Shown piece by piece: positions 1 through 8,918 of a DNA stretch of 64,000 nt (position 1 is the first letter of the stretch; every line of letters begins with the position of its first letter). A model generated the notes under the pieces. That model made no database searches. It saw only the letters and a program-made list of their open reading frames with translations, and was not told where the DNA came from. This DNA comes from an uncultured Clostridia bacterium (lineage in GTDB: Bacteria; Bacillota; Clostridia; TANB77; CAG-508), in NCBI GenBank assembly GCA_934154445.1, contig CAKPGC010000001.1, positions 93,414 to 157,413 on the forward strand, in the 5' to 3' direction. The translations under genes and the position numbers were made by a program.

Positions 1-193
1 TATCTTTAATATCAAATTCAGAACTTTGTTTTATTCCTACAACATGTGCCTCTTCTAGATTTTTAAGTCTACCAAATGGTACCAAAACTTTACTTCCTAC
101 AAATATCATGTTTTCTAAATTTTTAGGAATATTATAGTCAAATGTTCTATTCAATTTTTTTGCCGTACTATTTATTATTACTTCAGCTACCAT
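1..193 (-). CDS. priA: primosomal protein N' (PriA), N-terminal fragment; gene continues beyond window start
   Basis: Minus-strand translation from the ATG at 191-193 gives MVAEVIINSTAKKLNRTFDYNIPKNL...VGSKVLVPFGRLKN, a PriA-like N-terminus. AAGGAG RBS lies 8 nt upstream. Confidence 0.5.
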   Translation of the reverse strand, partial: MVAEVIINSTAKKLNRTFDYNIPKNLENMIFVGSKVLVPFGRLKNLEEAHVVGIKQSSEFDIKD

Positions 194-326
194 TTTTATC
201 TCCTTGTCCCTCTTTGTTCATTCTACTATATTTTTTAAACTAAATCAATAAATTATTTTCAAAATATTAACTTTTTATTTGCTCTATGTTATAATATTTT
301 TTATAAATTATAATAAAATAAATTAG

Positions 327-1199
327 GTGAATATTATGAATGAAGAAAAATTTCAAGTAACAAAAAAGGCTGGAATTTTAGGTATTATTGGAAATATATT
401 TTTATTAATTATAAAAGCAATTGCTGGTTTTACTTTTAAAAGTCAATCAATGATTGCAGACAGTTTTAATAGTGCTGGTGATATTTTTTCATCACTAATG
501 ACTTTTATTGGGAACAGAATTGCAAGTGTTCCTAATGATGAAGATCACAATTTTGGTCATGGTAAAGCTGAATATATTTTTTCGATGTTTATTGGAATAT
601 CTATGATTTTTGTAGCTGCAAAATTATTTTATGATTCTATTAGTACTTTAATTTTAGGAAGCAATCTTAAATTTTCATGGCTTTTGGTTTTTGTTTGTAT
701 AATAACAATATTAGTTAAATCATTGTTATATTTATATACTAAAAAGGCCTATAAAAAGCATGCAAGTATTTTATTAGAATCAAATATGAAGGATCATAGA
801 AATGATTGTATTGTAACATTTTTTACATTAATTTCTATTTTACTTACTTTGCTAGGAATTTACTGGTTTGATGGAGTTGTTGGAATTGGTATTTCTATTT
901 GGATTGGTTATACCGGCATTACTATTTTTATTGAAAGCTATAATGTTTTAATGGATATATCTCTTGAGGGCAAAGATAAAGATGTTATTTTGGATATAAT
1001 TAATGGATATAAAGAAATTAAAAAAATAGAAAATATTTCGTCAGTTCCTGTTGGAGCACAATATATGGTTTTTGTTACAATTTGTTTAGACGGAAATATG
1101 TCAACATTTGAAAGTCATAAGTTGGCTGATAATTTGGAAAAAAATATTTCTGCTTTAGATGTTGTTTATAAGACTATTGTTCATGTTGATCCAGTATAA
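327..1199 (+). CDS. cation diffusion facilitator (CDF) family metal efflux transporter
   Basis: 290 aa with multiple TM helices and the CDF signature HNFGHGKAEY; GGTGA RBS; TATAAT promoter upstream. Confidence 0.85.
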   Translation: MNIMNEEKFQVTKKAGILGIIGNIFLLIIKAIAGFTFKSQSMIADSFNSAGDIFSSLMTFIGNRIASVPNDEDHNFGHGKAEYIFSMFIGISMIFVAAKLFYDSISTLILGSNLKFSWLLVFVCIITILVKSLLYLYTKKAYKKHASILLESNMKDHRNDCIVTFFTLISILLTLLGIYWFDGVVGIGISIWIGYTGITIFIESYNVLMDISLEGKDKDVILDIINGYKEIKKIENISSVPVGAQYMVFVTICLDGNMSTFESHKLADNLEKNISALDVVYKTIVHVDPV

Positions 1200-1299
1200 A
1201 ATTTAAGTAACAATAATAAATAAAAAACGAACCCAAATTATTAAACGTTTTTGTCTAATAATTTGGGTTCACTTCAATTCTGTATGTTACATTTTTTAT

Positions 1300-3309
1300 T
1301 TAAAAAGCTAAGCAAACACGGAATCCACAAGATGGATCTCCCTGTCCTTGACTCATTCCATAAGCAAAAATTCCTCCACTGGTAACTGCCATATAATATG
1401 CTCCACGTGCTAAAGTTGGTACATCCGAAGTACAGAAAGTAGCATTATCAGAATTCCAACCTGAAGTTTCATTTGTCGCATCTCCTATTTTGTTGTTTTC
1501 AGAAATTAATGTTACATATTTTGTACTTTTTGTTGTATTAGAATTAGCCATTGCACTATGCCATTGAGGTGTACTTGCTGCCCCTCCAGTATAAAATCCT
1601 GCAGTTCTTTCCCATACGCAACCATTTAAATCAAATACACCTGTCACGTTTTTTGTACTACTTGCTAATACATCATTTGGTTTATCACTATCCCCATAAC
1701 TTGTAACCGCATATACATTAGCTTTGACACCCGTTGAACTATCATTGTTCACATATACGCTATTATTTAAATTCTTTTTGTTTGTTGCTACCTCATTCAT
1801 ATTTGAATTTTTTCCATCCACCCCATATTTACTTTGTGTTAAATAAGAAATAGCTCCCCATTCGCTATTTTTCATCAAATGACTATTGGTTCCACTTAAC
1901 CCATACATACTTGCTTTGTCTATTTCTTGTGATAGTAAATATGCATCTCCAATGCTTATTAAATCATAAGCATAAGTATTTGCTTTAAATACCGGATATG
2001 ACATATTAGTATTAGTCGTTAATGAAGCAGTTAAAAAATTACTTGTATATCCATTTAAATCTGTATATTTCAATTTTGAATACTCTACAGTTTTTGTTTC
2101 TTCACCTATAGTAGAATTTTGATATCCTGCTACATATTTTGCGACCCAAATTCCTGTTAACTCTTTATCCCATCCTCCATTTACATATTCTATTTTTGAC
2201 TCATCAGTAAATGCTGGATGTACTATATATACATCTCTATTTGTATCAGGATAATTGTTTTCTTTTGTTGCTCTTTGTGCTTTTTGTAATTTACCATTTG
2301 CATCATAATAGTAATCTGTTGTCCCTATTAAAAAAACAACATCTATAATTTTATTTGTGTCATCAATTTTATATGCGTATCTTGGTATCCATACCCAATT
2401 GCTTCCATCTTTACTTTGCACATTTGCCCATCTTTTTTCTTCATAATTATACCACTGTGAATCTGTTGATGTTGTTTGTACTATCTGGAAATTTTCACTT
2501 TCTGTATCTTCTACGAATTTTACTGGTATCATTTTATCAGTTAATTTTGGATTATTAACATTGTTATAATCACAAGCAATAACCGTATTTGTACCTAAAT
2601 CTATTTCATCTCCATAAACAACTTTAACATTATAAATTCCTTGTTCACTTACATAAAAAGATAATTCGTTACTTGTCTTCCAAGTATCACTATCTATAAT
2701 TTTATATTTAACCGTCCAATTATTAATATAACCATTATATATAATATTTGAGACTTCTATTTTATATTTGTTTTTTTCTTTTGTTGTATTTACATCAAAT
2801 GTGCCTGTCTTTTCATTTTTATCTTTATAACGTACATTATAAAATCCATTTTCGACTTGATCTATCATATAGTATATTGTTCCCTCGTATTCAAATCCAT
2901 CAGGAAAAACAACATATCTATATTCAACATTTATTAAATAATTTCTTTTTATGCTATCTAATTTTAAATCCTCTTGAATGCACTTTTTATCAAAATATCT
3001 AAATCCATCACGGATTTTCTGTTTTTCTTCATCAGATGAAACATCTTTGTAAATTATGTCTGATACTAAATCAAGTTTTGATTTTAGCTCGTCTTCGTCT
3101 GTTAGTTTTTTTCCTATTTCATTTTCATTACTCTGGTTTAATTCATTAACTTTATTTTGCAATACTTTTAATTCACTTTTGAATTTAACAAATGATGCTG
3201 AATCAAGTGTTGAAGTTCCAACTGTAACTCCAACAGAGGCTAATATAAGTATTAATATTACTGCTGTTAATAAAGCTATTAAAGTTACACCTTTTTCTTT
3301 TGACCTCAT
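1300..3309 (-). CDS. secreted/membrane-anchored protein: prepilin-like N-terminus fused to a C-terminal FGE-sulfatase (SUMF1/EgtB/PvdO-type) domain
   Basis: Start re-placed at the internal ATG (MRSKEKGVTLIALL...) with a GAGGAGG RBS, because the track ORF's 5' extension overlaps a tRNA. N-terminus resembles a class III signal (KG-VTLIALL) but lacks Glu+5. C-terminus carries FGE-domain motifs NGCVWERT, RGAYY and CGFRVC. Confidence 0.6.
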   Translation of the reverse strand: MRSKEKGVTLIALLTAVILILILASVGVTVGTSTLDSASFVKFKSELKVLQNKVNELNQSNENEIGKKLTDEDELKSKLDLVSDIIYKDVSSDEEKQKIRDGFRYFDKKCIQEDLKLDSIKRNYLINVEYRYVVFPDGFEYEGTIYYMIDQVENGFYNVRYKDKNEKTGTFDVNTTKEKNKYKIEVSNIIYNGYINNWTVKYKIIDSDTWKTSNELSFYVSEQGIYNVKVVYGDEIDLGTNTVIACDYNNVNNPKLTDKMIPVKFVEDTESENFQIVQTTSTDSQWYNYEEKRWANVQSKDGSNWVWIPRYAYKIDDTNKIIDVVFLIGTTDYYYDANGKLQKAQRATKENNYPDTNRDVYIVHPAFTDESKIEYVNGGWDKELTGIWVAKYVAGYQNSTIGEETKTVEYSKLKYTDLNGYTSNFLTASLTTNTNMSYPVFKANTYAYDLISIGDAYLLSQEIDKASMYGLSGTNSHLMKNSEWGAISYLTQSKYGVDGKNSNMNEVATNKKNLNNSVYVNNDSSTGVKANVYAVTSYGDSDKPNDVLASSTKNVTGVFDLNGCVWERTAGFYTGGAASTPQWHSAMANSNTTKSTKYVTLISENNKIGDATNETSGWNSDNATFCTSDVPTLARGAYYMAVTSGGIFAYGMSQGQGDPSCGFRVCLAF

Positions 3310-3335
3310 AATTCCTCCTCTGTATAAAAAATATT

Positions 3336-3410
3336 TGGCTGGGGTACTGTGATTCGAACACAGGAATGTCGGAGTCAGAGTCCGATGCCTTACCGCTTGG
3401 CGATACCCCA
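3336..3410 (-). tRNA. tRNA-Gln (anticodon CUG)
   Basis: Hand-folded cloverleaf: 7-bp acceptor TGGGGTA/TACCCCA, anticodon stem TCGGA/TCCGA, loop CTCTGAC, encoded CCA. Sits 14 nt upstream of the RBS of the 1300..3309 gene, inside the operon. Confidence 0.85.
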
Positions 3411-3519
3411 ATATAAACTTTAATATTTATTTTTATACTACCACAATTTTATAATTTTGTCCATAATTAGATACAATAATTTTAAGGGATTAAAAGTTAT
3501 TTCTCTCAATCCCTTAAGA

Positions 3520-4881
3520 TTATTTCAAATTAAATGTTCCAACATCTTTATTCCATGTGTCTATAACATATTGTTTTTCAGATTTTGGTATTAAAGCAAT
3601 TCTAAATGCAGACATTGGTTTATCTTTTGCATACATACATTCTTGTCCATCTGAACAAACAGATACCCAACCAACGTCATTTACTAATATCTGATATACA
3701 ACAGCGAACTGAGAATAGTCCTTCAATTTAATTTTTATTCCACTAATTCCATAATAATATTCAGATGAAGCAGGAACTGGTTTATTTCCATTTATGTCTG
3801 TAGCATAAAGTGCATTAATTCCACCACCTCCTAATTGGAAATATTTTTTTCCTTTAATCGTTACTAAATCATTTGATTTCATTGATTTATATGTGTTTTT
3901 ACTTGGATTATATCCATGGCTATATAACATATTAGATGTTGTACATCTAGCCATACTTCCTTCTCCCCAATACGTGTGAACATAAGCATTTACCTGTAAA
4001 AAATCATCATCAATATTTCCTGTCACATTAAACGCTAACGCTTCTGTTTTGAATTTAGGATTTTCTCTAACAGCTTCACTTCCCGCTATATCATAATTTC
4101 CATAACCAAATGTCCATCCAATATTTGAGTTGTGTGAAGTATAAACAATATTAATATAAGATGCCTGTGTTATATTAATTTCTATTATTGCTTTATTTCC
4201 TGCATAGTCAAATATTGGCAATTCATAAGAAATATTGTTAGTAAATTCCTTTTCTGCACTTAATTTATCATTTGAAAAATTCCATCCATTTAACTCTCTT
4301 ATTTTTTCACTTACCTTTATAGTTGCATTTACTTTTCCATCAGATATTTTATTTTCAAATAATTTTCCTGCTGGAGCAATATTATCAATTATAATGTTTG
4401 TTTCAATATCTAAGGGTTCATTTTGCAAATTACCAGCATCTTCAGCCGCTCCTTCTATAACTTCTACCTTTAGCTTTCCATCACCACAAATATTGCTTAA
4501 CTCAACTTTATATATAGCTCCATATACTATATCTTGTATTTTGCTAGATTTTACATTTACGTTATCCATGTATTTATTATCAATTTTTGTTTTTATATGT
4601 TCTTTGTCCAAACTTACATTTTTTAAGTTCTTGTCAGTAATCTTTAATTTTATCGTTATTGTATGTGTTTTATTAGCATAATTTTTATAATCAATATTAC
4701 TATTTTGTACACTTACCAACTCTATTTTAGGTTTTGTCCTATCTATATTAATATTAGCTATATAAAACTCATTTTGAAATATATATTTAGCTTGTATAGT
4801 TGTTGATACTGAAATTACAAACATACTTATAAAAAAAATAACTAGTAATTTTCTATAAACTTTATCCTTTATTTTTTTCAC
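3520..4881 (-). CDS. secreted ChW-repeat (clostridial hydrophobic W) surface protein
   Basis: N-terminal signal peptide. C-terminal half has three ChW-like repeats (YTSHNSNIGWTFGYG..., AVVYQILVNDVGWVSV...). Track start is a GTG that abuts the GGAGG and the upstream stop, so the start is uncertain. Confidence 0.55.
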   Translation of the reverse strand: MKKIKDKVYRKLLVIFFISMFVISVSTTIQAKYIFQNEFYIANINIDRTKPKIELVSVQNSNIDYKNYANKTHTITIKLKITDKNLKNVSLDKEHIKTKIDNKYMDNVNVKSSKIQDIVYGAIYKVELSNICGDGKLKVEVIEGAAEDAGNLQNEPLDIETNIIIDNIAPAGKLFENKISDGKVNATIKVSEKIRELNGWNFSNDKLSAEKEFTNNISYELPIFDYAGNKAIIEINITQASYINIVYTSHNSNIGWTFGYGNYDIAGSEAVRENPKFKTEALAFNVTGNIDDDFLQVNAYVHTYWGEGSMARCTTSNMLYSHGYNPSKNTYKSMKSNDLVTIKGKKYFQLGGGGINALYATDINGNKPVPASSEYYYGISGIKIKLKDYSQFAVVYQILVNDVGWVSVCSDGQECMYAKDKPMSAFRIALIPKSEKQYVIDTWNKDVGTFNLK

Positions 4882-4884
4882 CTC

Positions 4885-5508
4885 CTATATAATCTCCTCT
4901 CCTAACGCATACACATCAAATTGATATTTTTTAATTTTTTCTGAATCTTTTGTGTCTTGAATATCCGTAGCTTCTTCATTTTTCTTATCTTCATAATTCC
5001 AATACCATTTTATTGTAATATTTATATTTTCATCTTTATTTATACATCCTACCAACCTTCTAGATAATTCTTCTAAAGTATTCGTCTCTTCTAATATTTG
5101 ATTATTTTTCAAAGCCATAAATTTTAAATTTTTTGGTTTATCATTTATACTATGAAATTCAATTCTATATTTCAAATTTTGGTTTGAATATAATAAAATA
5201 TTGAAGCTTCCACTTGTACCTGGTGCAATTTTTTCATATATAAGTGTATTCTTGTCTATTGTATCTACTAAATTTAATGACTTGAAATCCAAATTTTTAT
5301 AACTTATTTTAAAGTTATATATCTTTTCATTTTTGTTATTTTCTATATTATTTGTTTGAGATATTCCATTTGAAAATATTTTTATAAATAAAAAATCATC
5401 AAATTTATCTATATTCATTGAATTTTTTGAGAAAAATATTATTATGAATAAAATTATTAGAATTAAAATCAATATTAATTTAAAAATTATCTTTTTCTTA
5501 CTTTTCAT
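4885..5508 (-). CDS. secreted ~200-aa protein, paralog of the 6198..6791 product; possible TasA/camelysin (peptidase M73)-like fibre subunit
   Basis: N-terminal TM anchor. Mature region aligns with the 197-aa paralog (KIAPGTSGSFNILL vs KIAPGTEGNFQIKL; KPKNLKF vs KPTNLKF; KWYWNYE vs DWYWKYE; YQFDVYALG vs YTFDVIVSG). AGGTGA RBS. Confidence 0.5.
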   Translation of the reverse strand: MKSKKKIIFKLILILILIILFIIIFFSKNSMNIDKFDDFLFIKIFSNGISQTNNIENNKNEKIYNFKISYKNLDFKSLNLVDTIDKNTLIYEKIAPGTSGSFNILLYSNQNLKYRIEFHSINDKPKNLKFMALKNNQILEETNTLEELSRRLVGCINKDENINITIKWYWNYEDKKNEEATDIQDTKDSEKIKKYQFDVYALGEEII

Positions 5509-5517
5509 GATATCACC

Positions 5518-6087
5518 TTATGCCTTTACTTGTTCTGTATGAACTTTTACTTGAATTTTCTCCATAATATCATTAATAGTATTTGATTTATTTTTATCAT
5601 AAGTAATTTTTATTGTATATTCTCTTTCTTCTTTTTGATTTTTTAAGATTTGTATATATTCAGTTTTATTATTGTTTAAGTTAATCTTCTTTTCACCTTG
5701 ATATAGTTCTATATTTATCGAATTATCAGTATTAGATAATATTTCGATATAATATTTTAAATCAGTTTGTGTTATTTGATTTTTTTCATTATAATTTTTT
5801 ATTTTAAATGTATATATACCATAATTATTTGCTGCAGTTATATCTATACTTGGATTGTTTTCAACCAATAAAATTGGTTCAGCAATCTCTGCTTTTCCTT
5901 TTATAACAATGTCTTCTATGGACTTTGCCATACTATACCCACAAAATAGTAATAGAAGTATTATGAAAATTACTAAAATTCCAGTTAAAATTCTGGAATC
6001 TTTTTTACCAGTATTTTCTTTACTACATATTTTTCCTTTTTTTATTATAGGTAAATTGGTACAGCTTATATTTTCTTTTTTATTCAT
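5518..6087 (-). CDS. membrane-anchored hypothetical protein
   Basis: Start moved to the internal ATG (MNKKENIS...), which has a strong AAAGGAGG RBS. Single TM helix then an Asn/Lys-rich domain. No recognisable family. Confidence 0.45.
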   Translation of the reverse strand: MNKKENISCTNLPIIKKGKICSKENTGKKDSRILTGILVIFIILLLLFCGYSMAKSIEDIVIKGKAEIAEPILLVENNPSIDITAANNYGIYTFKIKNYNEKNQITQTDLKYYIEILSNTDNSINIELYQGEKKINLNNNKTEYIQILKNQKEEREYTIKITYDKNKSNTINDIMEKIQVKVHTEQVKA

Positions 6088-6197
6088 ACAACCTCCTTTT
6101 AGTAGAAGCCAGATATTACGTTTTTTTGGAAGCCATAACATCTGACTTCTAATATTTAAATATATAATTTTATTTTCATATTTTTTACATTTTAAAA

Positions 6198-6791
6198 TTA
6201 ATTTTTAGGCATAACCTGTGTTCCAGATACAATAACATCAAAAGTATAATTATTCATTTGTTTAGCATTTTGAGTATCAATCAAATCGTTTGATTTAATT
6301 TCTTGTTCTGTACTTCCTGTTTCATACTTCCAATACCAATCAACAGATAATGTTTTTATTTTGTTTTCTTCATTTGCATTTATTGTTCCTATTAAATCTT
6401 GTTGTAAATCTGTTAAAGAGTTATATGTTTTTCCATCATATACAAACTTTAAATTTGTTGGTTTTTGAGATTCATTTTCAAATTTTATAACATAATTAAC
6501 TCCCACTTCTGAACCAGTTGCATCTAATTTTATTTGAAAATTTCCTTCAGTACCTGGGGCAATTTTACTACTTACTAATGTTGAATTATTTATTGTGGAT
6601 TTTAAGGAAATTGTTTGCATTTTTTCTTCATTTTCATTTACTTTAAAACTCCAGCTTGCTATATCAGCTGTTCCTTTTCCTGTTACTTTGGACATGTATT
6701 TTGCATATACTTGTCCTCCTGCAAATGATAATAATATTGCAATAATTGCAATAGCCAATAATACTATTTTTTTATTTTTTCTCAATAGCAT
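6198..6791 (-). CDS. secreted protein with SipW-cognate-like signal peptide; TasA/CalY/camelysin-like
   Basis: Signal ...LLSFAGGQVYAKYMS resembles the TasA/CalY GGGT-AAF motif. ~200 aa with PGT.G.F and W..YE motifs, paralogous to 4885..5508. First gene after the promoter at 6909-6937. Confidence 0.5.
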   Translation of the reverse strand: MLLRKNKKIVLLAIAIIAILLSFAGGQVYAKYMSKVTGKGTADIASWSFKVNENEEKMQTISLKSTINNSTLVSSKIAPGTEGNFQIKLDATGSEVGVNYVIKFENESQKPTNLKFVYDGKTYNSLTDLQQDLIGTINANEENKIKTLSVDWYWKYETGSTEQEIKSNDLIDTQNAKQMNNYTFDVIVSGTQVMPKN

Positions 6792-6908
6792 TCCTCCCTC
6801 TTATTCAATTTTTTAATTTGGATTTTTTTATTTGAATTTTGATTTAAGCAAAGTTCTTTTGAACCGCTTTTTGAATTAAATTTATAAAAAATATGAAAAT
6901 GTATTTAG

Positions 6909-6937
6909 ATTATACTTCCAAACAAGCAGTTTGTCAA
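6909..6937 (-). promoter_or_regulatory. sigma-A type promoter (TTGACA-N17-TATAAT) for the secreted-protein operon; Spo0A-box-like TGTCGAA just upstream
   Basis: Minus strand reads TTATTGACAAACTGCTTGTTTGGAAGTATAATC. A 0A-box-like TGTCGAA lies at 6947-6953, flanked by a GTTTGTCA...TGACAAAC inverted repeat. Confidence 0.5.
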
Positions 6938-6988
6938 TAAAAACATTTCGACAAAAAATGACAAACCACTTGTTTTATAAACTATTTT

Positions 6989-7375
6989 TTAGCTTCTATT
7001 AACCCCAATTATTCCTCCTAAAATACCAAAAATAACTGCTATCGCAATCATTATTAAAGATTGTATATTTAAAGAAAATCTCCAATTTAAAATACTAGAT
7101 ATTAAATAAATTAATATCATATATAAAGCACCTATTATTCCGCCATTTGCTAGACCATTTTTTCTTATTTTTACATTGCCTAATGAGCTTCCTATTAATA
7201 TACTTATGGCAGTTATTATCATTATTACCGGATTTATTACGTTTTCTTGTATGTTTGTATATGTCAATATAATTGAGAATATTATTAGCATAATTAGTGT
7301 TGTAATTAAAGAAATTCCTACACCTTTTAATATGTTTATTAATGTTTTGTTTTCTTTCATTTGCATATTTTCCAT
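6989..7375 (-). CDS. small multi-pass membrane protein (TIGR04086-like)
   Basis: 128 aa with 4 predicted TM helices and a glycine-rich C-terminus. Confidence 0.5.
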   Translation of the reverse strand: MENMQMKENKTLINILKGVGISLITTLIMLIIFSIILTYTNIQENVINPVIMIITAISILIGSSLGNVKIRKNGLANGGIIGALYMILIYLISSILNWRFSLNIQSLIMIAIAVIFGILGGIIGVNRS

Positions 7376-7443
7376 AATATTTCCTCCAAAATTTTATTTA
7401 ATAAATTATATTAAAATATCTTTTTAAATATACACTATTATTT

Positions 7444-8247
7444 TTAAATTATATTAATTTTAAATGCTTCAATCCTTAAAGATTTTCCCTCTGTTCCTAT
7501 TCTAATATTTGTACCTTTTGACACAGGCATCCACCCAACATCTTGTATATGCTCTTGAACTTCTAACATTTTGTTAGATTTGATTTCTATAGCTTCTATT
7601 CTCTTACTTTCTCCTGTTGTTCCTGCAATTTGACCATTTTGTACCCAATCAGACCAGCCAATATCTTGTATGTGTACTCTATATGATAAGTCCAATCCAT
7701 TATTCCCTTGTAAAATTATAGCTTCTATTCTTTTATTTTCTCCAGTGGTTCCTGCTGTTTCTCCAGAATTCTCCCAATCCGTCCATCCTTTATCTTGAAT
7801 ATGCACCTTATACATTAGTTGTACTCCATTAATTTTACTTTGATCATTTGCTCTTAATACACCTAAAAAACCTTTATAGTCATGTTGTACTTTACGTACT
7901 GATTTACTTCCCCAATTTAAATCATAAGAATTAAAATTAGATAAATTTCCTTCCCCTGTTGCTATTGATAAATGCCCATAACCATTTCCAACTCCTGATC
8001 CCCATACTGCGATATCTCCTTTTTGTGGTACAAATGATGTGTTATTTGATATTTTTGTGAATGTATCTTTAATTGATAAATTATCAAAATTTTCATAGTA
8101 ATCTTTTGCATTTCCCCATGCTCCGGGTTTTATTCCAAATACTTTATCTAAATACATTTTTATTAAATCTACACATTGTGCTCCTGCTACTCCATCATAA
8201 TCGAATGATTTTCCATTATATGTATTTATAAATTCATTATAATCCAT
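7444..8247 (-). CDS. CHAP-domain peptidoglycan hydrolase with three C-terminal ChW repeats
   Basis: CHAP Cys/His motifs GAQCVDL and GHLSIA. Three repeats of KVHIQDKGWTDWENSGETAGTTGENKRIEAIILQG, matching the ChW consensus. No signal peptide, so endolysin-like. Confidence 0.7.
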   Translation of the reverse strand: MDYNEFINTYNGKSFDYDGVAGAQCVDLIKMYLDKVFGIKPGAWGNAKDYYENFDNLSIKDTFTKISNNTSFVPQKGDIAVWGSGVGNGYGHLSIATGEGNLSNFNSYDLNWGSKSVRKVQHDYKGFLGVLRANDQSKINGVQLMYKVHIQDKGWTDWENSGETAGTTGENKRIEAIILQGNNGLDLSYRVHIQDIGWSDWVQNGQIAGTTGESKRIEAIEIKSNKMLEVQEHIQDVGWMPVSKGTNIRIGTEGKSLRIEAFKINII

Positions 8248-8341
8248 TTTTCCTCCTTTATAATATTATTGTAATTATACATTCTAATTCTATTATGTCA
8301 TTTGTTTTTTTATACTTATTATTTTTTATTATTCAAAGTAA

Positions 8342-8372
8342 AAAACACAAGCATTAATTACTTGTGTTTAAT
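8342..8372 (-). terminator. intrinsic terminator downstream of the tRNA-His/tRNA-Gln pair
   Basis: AAAACACAAG-cattaatta-CTTGTGTTT hairpin followed by a T-run on the minus strand. Confidence 0.5.
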
Positions 8373-8580
8373 CTTTATTTCTATTAATTTTATCTTTCAT
8401 CAATTATATTTTCGTCTATCTTTATGTTGTTTTTTAACCCAATATACGAATTATTAAAATTCATTTTATCAATATTGAAATCTTTTATATTATTTGCCTC
8501 TTCAATTAAACTATTATATAATATTTTTAAGCAAAAAAATAAACAACCTTCAATATCTTATGAAAGTTGCTATTTATTAA

Positions 8581-8655
8581 TGGCTGGGCTGGCTAGATTC
8601 GAACTAGCGCATGCCAGAGTCAAAGTCTGGTGCCTTACCGCTTGGCTACAGCCCA
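8581..8655 (-). tRNA. tRNA-Gln (anticodon UUG)
   Basis: Acceptor TGGGCTG/CAGCCCA, anticodon stem CCAGA/TCTGG, loop CTTTGAC, encoded CCA. Confidence 0.85.
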
Positions 8656-8667
8656 ATATATTACAAA

Positions 8668-8745
8668 TGGGGTGGAAGATGGGACTCGAACCCACGGTCT
8701 CCAGTGCCACAAACTGGCGCGTTAACCAACTACGCTACATCCACC
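8668..8745 (-). tRNA. tRNA-His (anticodon GUG) with 5' G-1
   Basis: Anticodon stem CCAGT/ACTGG, loop TTGTGGC, extra 5' G typical of tRNA-His, T-loop TTCGAGT, CCA end. Confidence 0.8.
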
Positions 8746-8918
8746 ATAGCTTACGTGCTTGTTTTCTTGGCACTTTTATATTTTAACTCATTTTACCTTA
8801 ATTTGTCAACCCTATTTTTGTATTTTATTTAGTAATATTTGACTAATCTATTTATTCTATGTATAATTATAATGTAAAAAAACTTATAACTATATTAAAA
8901 TAGAGGTATTTAACAAAA

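Noticed and set aside
2355-3352. Plus-strand ORFs 2355..2558, 2748..3002 and 3056..3352 inside the 670-aa minus-strand gene
   Set aside because: Antisense to a gene with clear domain homology; low-complexity, Leu/Phe-rich translations typical of AT-rich antisense frames.
4235-4681. Antisense ORF inside the ChW protein gene. Similar cases: 5855..6145, 6595..6816, 7176..7427, 16786..17292, 22012..22278, 25530..25775, 27277..27630, 35625..36017, 36480..37820, 44085..44528, 58591..59261
   Set aside because: All overlap well-supported genes on the opposite strand and translate to low-complexity hydrophobic sequence. Treated as spurious.
8424-8832. Plus-strand ORFs overlapping the tRNA-Gln/tRNA-His genes
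   Set aside because: They run through two tRNA genes on the opposite strand; no RBS; spurious.
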